This document shows, piece by piece, positions 57,286-64,000 of a stretch of 64,000 nt of DNA. The DNA is from Alistipes sp. (lineage in GTDB: Bacteria; Bacteroidota; Bacteroidia; Bacteroidales; Rikenellaceae), in NCBI GenBank assembly GCA_017546345.1, contig JAFYXB010000016.1, positions 5,052 through 69,051 of the forward strand, in the 5' to 3' direction. The notes below the pieces were generated by a model. The model saw only the letters and a list, made by a program, of their open reading frames with translations. It had not been told where the DNA came from and searched no databases. Both the position numbers and the translations under genes were made by a program. Within the stretch, counting starts at the first letter, position 1, and each line of letters begins with the position of its first letter.

Positions 57286-57981
57286 ATGAGCACTAAAAAA
57301 ATTATAGTTGCCCTCGACGGTCACTCGTCGTGTGGCAAGAGTACCTTTGCCAAGGCTATTGCCGCACGTCTTGGCTACATCTTCATCGACACAGGCGCAA
57401 TGTATCGCGCCGTTACGCTCTACGCCTTGGAGCACGGAGCTATCCGCTCGGGAATGGTCGATGAACAGGCCGTAGAGGCTATGCTCGACCAGATCAACAT
57501 CGACTTCCGCTTCAATGCGCAGCGTGGTGCCAGCGACATCTACGTCAATGGCGACTTGGTCGAGGGTAAGATTCGCACTATCGAGGTGAGTAACTGCGTG
57601 AGTGCTATCAGCTCTATCGCTGCCGTGCGCCAGAAGCTTGTGGCCATGCAGCAGGAGATGGGCGTGCGCAAGGGCGTGGTTATGGATGGCCGCGACATCG
57701 GCACGGTGGTATTCCCCGAGGCCGAGCTTAAGATCTATATGACGGCCGACCCTAAGGTACGCGCCGAGCGCCGCTATGCCGAGCTTCAGGCTAAGGGCGA
57801 CAGCGTAACCTTCGAGGAGGTATATGCCAATGTCGTATCACGCGACGAGGCCGATATGACACGTGCTATCTCGCCACTACGTCGTGCCGAGGATGCAATC
57901 CTTTTGGACAATACGCAGATGAGCGTCGAGGAGCAGATGGCGTGGTTTATGGAGCGTTATAACGATATAATCAGCCGATAA
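57286..57981 (+). CDS. cmk: Cytidylate kinase
   Basis: DGHSSCGKST, DTGAMYRA and MDGRDIGTVVFP motifs. Confidence 0.96.
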   Translation: MSTKKIIVALDGHSSCGKSTFAKAIAARLGYIFIDTGAMYRAVTLYALEHGAIRSGMVDEQAVEAMLDQINIDFRFNAQRGASDIYVNGDLVEGKIRTIEVSNCVSAISSIAAVRQKLVAMQQEMGVRKGVVMDGRDIGTVVFPEAELKIYMTADPKVRAERRYAELQAKGDSVTFEEVYANVVSRDEADMTRAISPLRRAEDAILLDNTQMSVEEQMAWFMERYNDIISR

Positions 57982-57982
57982 T

Positions 57983-58846
57983 ATGCGTGTTACGATAGAC
58001 GAAAATTCGGGTTTTTGCTTCGGTGTAGTACGTGCCATTGGCGAGGCTGAGGAGGCACTTGCCAAGTTGGGCAAGGTCTACTCCCTGGGCGATATCGTCC
58101 ACAACCGTATCGAGGTACAGCGCCTCGAGGAGTTGGGGTTAGGCACCATATCGCACGAGGATATGCCCTCGTTGGGAGGTGCGACGCTACTCATCCGCGC
58201 ACACGGAGAGCCTCCACGCACCTATCGTCGTGCCGAGGAGCTTGGTCTGAAGCTAATCGACGCCACATGCCCTGTTGTGGCACGTCTACAACGCCGCATA
58301 CGCGATGCCTACGACAAGATGCAGGCCGTTGGTGGCAGCGTTGTCCTTTTGGGCAAGCGCGGCCATGCCGAGGTTGTCGGACTCACGGGGCAGGTCAATG
58401 ACGATGTGGTTGTTGTGGAGCGCGAGGAGGATCTCGATTTGGTGGACTTCAGCCGTCCGATATACTTCCTCTCGCAGACTACGCAGAGCATCGATCTCTT
58501 CAACCGTTTGGGCGAGGAGATTATCCGCCGTGCAGGTAGCCGAGAGCGTGTGACGCTCGATGATACGATATGTCGTCGTGTGGCAGGTCGCGAGGAGTCG
58601 CTCACACAATTCTCTCTCAGCGTCGATGTGGTTATCTTCGTGGCTGGCCGTAAGTCGTCGAATGGCAAGGTACTCTGCGAGGTATGCCGCAAGGCTAATG
58701 AGCGCACCTACAATATCGAGGATGTAGGCGAGTTGGAGGCCGAGTGGTTCGAGGGTGTGGAGAGCGTTGGAATATGCGGTGCTACATCGACACCTCGCTG
58801 GCTTATGGAGCGTGTAGCTGAGGCTATCAATGCAAATTACAAATAA
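57983..58846 (+). CDS. ispH: 4-hydroxy-3-methylbut-2-enyl diphosphate reductase
   Basis: GFCFGV, IVHN, RAHG, DATCP, SQTT, TIC, SSNG and GATSTP motifs. Confidence 0.96.
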   Translation: MRVTIDENSGFCFGVVRAIGEAEEALAKLGKVYSLGDIVHNRIEVQRLEELGLGTISHEDMPSLGGATLLIRAHGEPPRTYRRAEELGLKLIDATCPVVARLQRRIRDAYDKMQAVGGSVVLLGKRGHAEVVGLTGQVNDDVVVVEREEDLDLVDFSRPIYFLSQTTQSIDLFNRLGEEIIRRAGSRERVTLDDTICRRVAGREESLTQFSLSVDVVIFVAGRKSSNGKVLCEVCRKANERTYNIEDVGELEAEWFEGVESVGICGATSTPRWLMERVAEAINANYK

Positions 58847-58863
58847 CGAAAATTATATTGATT

Positions 58864-59346
58864 ATGAAATACTTAGTACGTTCGCTAAAATATTTTGTAT
58901 TTCTCTGCGGCCTACTTTTAGCGCTGATCTGGATTATGACGATCAGCTATCCCGAGGCTGCGGGCATCGACTATTGGGCTATGGTACGCGCACAGCTATT
59001 CTCTAAGGAGGGTGTATGGCTCTCGGTCGGTGTGGTACTCCTTGCTGCGGCATATCCACGCTTCGGCTTTATCAGCAGCCACATCGGAGGTTGCGACATC
59101 GTGCGCGATGCCCTTCGCATCGACAATGCGATGATGACCTCGGGCTTCAAGCTTATCGAGGAGGGTGAGGGCATACGCGTATATCGTGCTATGGGTCCCA
59201 TTCTTCGCCTTACGATGATGTTTGAGGATCGTATCGAGGTGAGAGCCGAGGAGGATGGCGTGGTTATCACCGGCCTACGTCGCCAGGTGGTGCGCATCGC
59301 TATACGTCTCAAGGGCTATATGCATAACAGCCGCTACGAAAACTAA
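58864..59346 (+). CDS. Hypothetical membrane protein (two N-terminal TMs)
   Basis: Open frame packed tightly in the operon; YLVRSLKYF...AYPRFGF. Confidence 0.7.
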   Translation: MKYLVRSLKYFVFLCGLLLALIWIMTISYPEAAGIDYWAMVRAQLFSKEGVWLSVGVVLLAAAYPRFGFISSHIGGCDIVRDALRIDNAMMTSGFKLIEEGEGIRVYRAMGPILRLTMMFEDRIEVRAEEDGVVITGLRRQVVRIAIRLKGYMHNSRYEN

Positions 59347-59352
59347 AACGCT

Positions 59353-61038
59353 ATGTTGAATTTTCGCCATAAAGCATCCGCATTAGCACTGCTTCTTACC
59401 ATCGGCTCGCTCAGCGCAACGGCACAGGAGGCGGAGCGCGTAGCTAAGGATTTCGAGCTTGGCAAGGCTACCGAGATTCTTGCCAACATTATGCGCGAGT
59501 ACGAGGTGGGCTATGTCGATAAGATCGACGCAGAACGCATGCTTGAGTATGCCGCCGAGGGCATGGTGCGCGCTACAGACCCCTATTCGGAGTATCTTCC
59601 CGAGGAGGAGATGGAGCAGTTCGAGATACTCACTACGGGACGCTACGGCGGTGTAGGCTCGCTAATTCGCAAACGCGGCGATTATGTACTCTTTGCCCAG
59701 CCATACAAGGGATCTCCTTCGGACGAAGCGGGTATCAAGGTGGGCGATAAGATATTGGCTATCGACGGCACGGAGGCCTACAAAATGGAGGTTGGCGAGG
59801 TGAGCAAGAGGCTTAAGGGAGAGCCTGAAACAGAGGTCGAGGTTGTCGTTGAGCATTGCTACACCGGCAAGGTAGATACGCTGCGTATGATGCGTCGCCA
59901 TATCGCCATTCCGAGTGTTCCCTACGCAGGTATCATCCGCGATGGCATAGGCTACATCTGTCACAACGACTTTACGGAGGGTAGCTACAACGAGATGCGT
60001 GCCGCGCTGGAGCAGCTAATGAGTGCCGACTCACTACGCGGTCTGATTTTGGACTACCGCTCGAATGGTGGAGGCTTGGTGCAGGAGGCGATAGACATCG
60101 CATCGCTCTTCGTGCCACGTGGCGAGCGCATAGTGTCGATTATGGGTCGCGACTCATCATCGCTCAAGGAGTTCCGCACGGATCATCTTCCATTGGCTAC
60201 GGAGCTACCTATCGTAATGCTTGTAAGTGGCTCATCGGCTTCGGCATCCGAAATCTTGGCTGGTGCACTGCAGGATACAGATCGAGGTGTGATTATGGGC
60301 CAGCGCACCTTTGGCAAGGGCTTGGTGCAGGGTACGCGCCACGTGGGATACAACAACTTCCTGAAGTACACGACTGCCAAATACTATATCCCTTCGGGTC
60401 GCTGCATCCAGGCTGTGAACTACGCTTCGCGCGATGAGGATGGTAGCGTGAGAAGCGTGCCCGACTCGCTAATTAGGGAGTTTAGCACACGCGGTGGCCG
60501 CAAGGTCTACGATGGTGGTGGCATCGTGCCAGACATAAAGATTGAACCTCAATATGTAAGTCGCTTTGCCCTAACGCTCTACGCCATGGGATTTATGGAG
60601 GATTGGGCCGACGAGTATATGCGTAAGCACCACACGGAGAGTATCAACATCCGTAACTTCACGATTAGCGATAGTGACTATGCCGACTTTACGGCATATA
60701 TCGCCGAGCAGGATGTTCCCTACGAGTCGGAGACACGCCGTGCCTTTAAGAGTTTGGAGAAGGCCGTGGAGAACGACCTCTACGACGAGGAGCTTGGCGA
60801 GGCACTAAAAGCCCTTAGCGCCCTGATCAAAGATGATAAACTCTCGAATATGGAGACCTATCGCCGTGAGATTGTCGAGGCACTAAACGGAAATATTGTA
60901 ATGCGCTACGCCTATAACGAAGGTGCCGTGGAGTATAACGCCGTGAATGACTCGACGGTAGATGAGGCCATCGAGTTGTTGCTCAACAGCGAGGAGTACT
61001 CTCGCATACTCCGAGAGCAGGATCTCGATATGCACTAA
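59353..61038 (+). CDS. S41 carboxy-terminal processing protease with PDZ domain
   Basis: DPYS, YGGVG, LDYRSNGGG, SASASEI, TFGKGLVQ and YYIPSGRCIQ motifs. Confidence 0.93.
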   Translation: MLNFRHKASALALLLTIGSLSATAQEAERVAKDFELGKATEILANIMREYEVGYVDKIDAERMLEYAAEGMVRATDPYSEYLPEEEMEQFEILTTGRYGGVGSLIRKRGDYVLFAQPYKGSPSDEAGIKVGDKILAIDGTEAYKMEVGEVSKRLKGEPETEVEVVVEHCYTGKVDTLRMMRRHIAIPSVPYAGIIRDGIGYICHNDFTEGSYNEMRAALEQLMSADSLRGLILDYRSNGGGLVQEAIDIASLFVPRGERIVSIMGRDSSSLKEFRTDHLPLATELPIVMLVSGSSASASEILAGALQDTDRGVIMGQRTFGKGLVQGTRHVGYNNFLKYTTAKYYIPSGRCIQAVNYASRDEDGSVRSVPDSLIREFSTRGGRKVYDGGGIVPDIKIEPQYVSRFALTLYAMGFMEDWADEYMRKHHTESINIRNFTISDSDYADFTAYIAEQDVPYESETRRAFKSLEKAVENDLYDEELGEALKALSALIKDDKLSNMETYRREIVEALNGNIVMRYAYNEGAVEYNAVNDSTVDEAIELLLNSEEYSRILREQDLDMH

Positions 61039-61065
61039 TATTTTAGGTACACAACCCCGTAGATA

Positions 61066-62316
61066 ATGAAGCTACCACGTATCAACATAAAACAACCGAT
61101 GAGATACCTCTCGATGCGTCGTCAGGCCGCAGTCATTGTGGTCGGACTGCTTCTTGCCGCTATCTCGGTATTTTATACGTGGAGCATCTCGGCCGAGATG
61201 AGGCACGAGGATGAGATGGCCATCGAGCAGCTACGCCTTGCCGAGCGTAATGCCGTGGAGATGTGGGAGGATATCCTGCAATCTACGAACTTCGGCGGCC
61301 ACATGATCTACAGCCCAGAGCTACTCAACAAGCTCGCGGAGCACACCAACGTACCACTCATTATCGCAGATGAGAGGCTCAACGTATGGGTTACAAATCT
61401 GCCTATGGAGATTGTCGGCAATAGCGAACGTCTACGCGAAGAGATTATGCAGATGAGCCTGACTAACAAGCCTATATCAGTGAGCTCGGGACTTATGCGT
61501 AGCACCACATTTACAATCTACTACGGCACGACGGACTACACGGAATTGGTATCGAGTGCCCATAGCCAGGCATTGGCGCTATTCCCCTATGTGCAGCTTA
61601 TCATCATCATCATCTTTGCGATATTTGCCTATATGGCCTTCTCCTCTACGAAGCAGAACGAGCAGAACCGCGTATGGGTGGGTTTGGCAAAGGAGACAGC
61701 ACATCAGCTCGGCACACCAACATCATCGCTCTTGGGCTGGATCGAGTATCTGCGTAGTCAGCCCGTAGATCAGATGGCTGTGGAGGAGATGTCGAAGGAT
61801 TTGACACACCTACTCAAGATTGTGGATCGCTTCTCGAAGATTGGCTCCGAGACGCAGCTTACGCCGATGAACATCAACGAGGTTGTGGGCGATACGGTGA
61901 TGTACTTCCGTCGCCGCATACCACGAAACGTGACACTCACGTACAACGGCTTAGCGATGGCTCCGATATGCGTAGCGATGAATGCTGCGCTGTTTGAATG
62001 GGTAGTCGAAAACCTGCTTAAAAACTCGCTCGATGCGCTGCAAGGACATGGCGAGATAGATGTTGTCGTTGGCGAGGATGACAACGAGGTATTTGTCGAG
62101 GTTAGCGATACGGGCAAGGGCATTGCCAAGAGTAACTGGACTCGCATCTTCGAGCCCGGCTTTACGACAAAAACACGTGGCTGGGGCTTAGGTTTATCGC
62201 TCTCACGCCGTATTATAGAGGAGTATCACTCGGGCCGCATTGCCGTAGTACGATCTGATATTGGCCGTGGCACAACAATACGTATAACCCTGAAACGCAA
62301 CGCAGAGAATGAATAG
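61066..62316 (+). CDS. Membrane sensor histidine kinase
   Basis: ETAHQLGTP H box, ENLLKNS, DTGKG, FEPGFTTK and GWGLGL motifs. Confidence 0.94.
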   Translation: MKLPRINIKQPMRYLSMRRQAAVIVVGLLLAAISVFYTWSISAEMRHEDEMAIEQLRLAERNAVEMWEDILQSTNFGGHMIYSPELLNKLAEHTNVPLIIADERLNVWVTNLPMEIVGNSERLREEIMQMSLTNKPISVSSGLMRSTTFTIYYGTTDYTELVSSAHSQALALFPYVQLIIIIIFAIFAYMAFSSTKQNEQNRVWVGLAKETAHQLGTPTSSLLGWIEYLRSQPVDQMAVEEMSKDLTHLLKIVDRFSKIGSETQLTPMNINEVVGDTVMYFRRRIPRNVTLTYNGLAMAPICVAMNAALFEWVVENLLKNSLDALQGHGEIDVVVGEDDNEVFVEVSDTGKGIAKSNWTRIFEPGFTTKTRGWGLGLSLSRRIIEEYHSGRIAVVRSDIGRGTTIRITLKRNAENE

Positions 62317-63172
62317 CGAATATATATCATACCTTAAGGAGGCGGGCTACCACCCTACAACTGCCAAGAAGCTATTTGGCAAGGCCTCTACGCTCTGCGA
62401 TGGAGAGGTAAGCGATGGCGGCTATCAGGAGGGTAGCGCCGAAGATATATTCGGCATTGCCACATATCGCGCGACACTTGACACGCCAGAGAGCGTAGAG
62501 CCTACGTTCAGCAGCGAGCCACTATTTCAGTTGCTTGTAATCGCCTTTGTGGTTGTCTATATGCACATGGTGCTACGTGCATGGCACTTTATCGGCTCTA
62601 TATGGGGTGGCGTTATCGACTACCGCCGCAGTGAGCAGAATATGACCTACGCTGGTGGCGCCTTGCCGCTATCACGCTTCAAGCTCACGGCCGCAATCAC
62701 AGGTGCGGTGAGCCTTGCCTTGGTCGTTGTGCGACTGATGGACAAATACCTGGTTGGCGAGGCTGCGATATACGATATGGGCATATCAAATGTTATGCCT
62801 CTTGCGATGCTTATCATCATTGGCGCAGTACTTCTTTGGAGCTATCTGCTACACGCAACCCTCGGTTGGGTAACTTGCTCGACAAATGCCAAGGAGCTCG
62901 CTTCGATAGGCTATATAAATATTGTGCGTGCGGTCGTGGCTCTGTTTCTACCCGCAGCCGTATGGTTGGTTGCCGACGGCATAGTCGAAAGTATCGTCGG
63001 TTGGACGCTTATTGTGGGGCTAACACTCTTTGTTGTAATATATTTGAAAGATACTTTTATGTTCTTTCTCGAAAAAAAAGTTTCAGTTTTTAATTGGTTT
63101 TTGTACCTTTGCACCGCGATTTTGCTGCCGTTGAGTTTCTTGGCTGCTTGGTTGCCGAGGGTGCTTGGGTAA
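62309..63172 (+). CDS. DUF4271-like membrane protein
   Basis: Multi-TM; C-terminal FLYLCTAILLP; directly upstream of hemD. Confidence 0.7.
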   Translation: MNSEYISYLKEAGYHPTTAKKLFGKASTLCDGEVSDGGYQEGSAEDIFGIATYRATLDTPESVEPTFSSEPLFQLLVIAFVVVYMHMVLRAWHFIGSIWGGVIDYRRSEQNMTYAGGALPLSRFKLTAAITGAVSLALVVVRLMDKYLVGEAAIYDMGISNVMPLAMLIIIGAVLLWSYLLHATLGWVTCSTNAKELASIGYINIVRAVVALFLPAAVWLVADGIVESIVGWTLIVGLTLFVVIYLKDTFMFFLEKKVSVFNWFLYLCTAILLPLSFLAAWLPRVLG

Positions 63173-63280
63173 AATTGCACGCCGCAATATTTTGTTGGTC
63201 AATATGTTGCGCACTAAAAAGAGTGCTGCGAAGCAGTCAAAAAAGAGTAATTTGTGAACTAAGAAATAAAAGCGTACACT

Positions 63281-64000
63281 TTGAAAGTAGGTAAAATTTT
63301 GGTATCTCAGCCCAAACCGGCTGTATTAGAAAAATCGCCTTTTTACGAATTTTCAGGAAAATATGAGCTTGATATCGACTACAAGTCGTTGATTCGTGTA
63401 GTGGGCGTATCGCTCAAGGAGTTCCGCGCACAGCGTACAGAAATTCTTGAGCACTCGACGATGATTTTCTCATCACGTGCGGCAATTGACAGTTTCTTCC
63501 ATATCTGCGAGGAGGCTCGTATCACCGTTCCCGAGACAATGAAGTATATCTGCAATACGGAGGCTGTGGCTCTCTATTTGCAGAAGTATATCGTATATCG
63601 CAAGCGTAAGATTTCGTTTGCCGATGGTACGTTCAACTCGCTGCTTGAGCTTATCGTAAAGCATAAGGACGAGAAGTTTATCCTCGCCCTTACCGAGCCT
63701 TACAAGCCCGAGCTTCCCGAGACTTTGGCTAAGCTTAAGTTGAAGGTATCACCCGTAGTCTTCGCGCGTACCGTAGCTGCCGATATGTCGGAGCTTAAGC
63801 TCTCGGACTACGATATCGTAGCGCTCTACTCACCTGCCGAGGTTAAGGCATTGGTAGAGAACTACGACGTAGCAAACATCCCCGTCGTAGCAACCTTCGG
63901 CGAGGCTACGTTGCGTGCTGCAAAGGAGGCTGGCCTTAAGGTCAAGGCTTCGGCACCAACACCCGAGGCTCCCTCGATGGTTAAGGCTTTGGAGATCTAC
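63281..64000 (+). CDS. hemD: Uroporphyrinogen-III synthase-like protein (partial, runs off the window)
   Basis: TTG start; MKVGKILVSQPKP...KSPFY...KEFRAQR...EAVALYLQKYIVYRKRKI, typical of Bacteroidota HemD; absent from the supplied ORF track. Confidence 0.85.
   Translation, partial: MKVGKILVSQPKPAVLEKSPFYEFSGKYELDIDYKSLIRVVGVSLKEFRAQRTEILEHSTMIFSSRAAIDSFFHICEEARITVPETMKYICNTEAVALYLQKYIVYRKRKISFADGTFNSLLELIVKHKDEKFILALTEPYKPELPETLAKLKLKVSPVVFARTVAADMSELKLSDYDIVALYSPAEVKALVENYDVANIPVVATFGEATLRAAKEAGLKVKASAPTPEAPSMVKALEIY

Noticed and set aside
63111-63185. Possible tRNA or ncRNA after the internal promoter
   Set aside because: No cloverleaf or T-loop motif, and it lies mostly within the DUF4271 coding region

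Overview
Chromosomal window from a Bacteroidota anaerobe, probably Alistipes/Rikenellaceae-like. This is inferred from TAnnTTTG promoters, futalosine mqn genes, type-2 IleRS and the DUF4271-hemD gene pair. Most of it is housekeeping: a truncated dcw cluster (rsmH-ftsL-ftsI-murE-mraY-murD-ftsW), leuS, ileS, gcvH, cmk, ispH, lysC, a tRNA(CAU), a cytochrome c peroxidase with its own ccsBA, and an iorAB-aminotransferase-CoA transferase run. The most notable signal is a dispersed family of four paralogous fimbrillin/type V pilin-like lipoproteins that share an N-terminal domain but carry different C-terminal passengers. Two of them are directly preceded by homologous 46-47 aa acidic micro-ORFs missing from the supplied ORF track (YLAPExExVExxVEAGF...SNLEDP), each with its own promoter motif. 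Other observations are a membrane transporter apparently fused to an ExbD-like domain next to a porin, and a covarying palindromic repeat family at three intergenic sites. All family assignments come from recalled motifs; no database searches were run.
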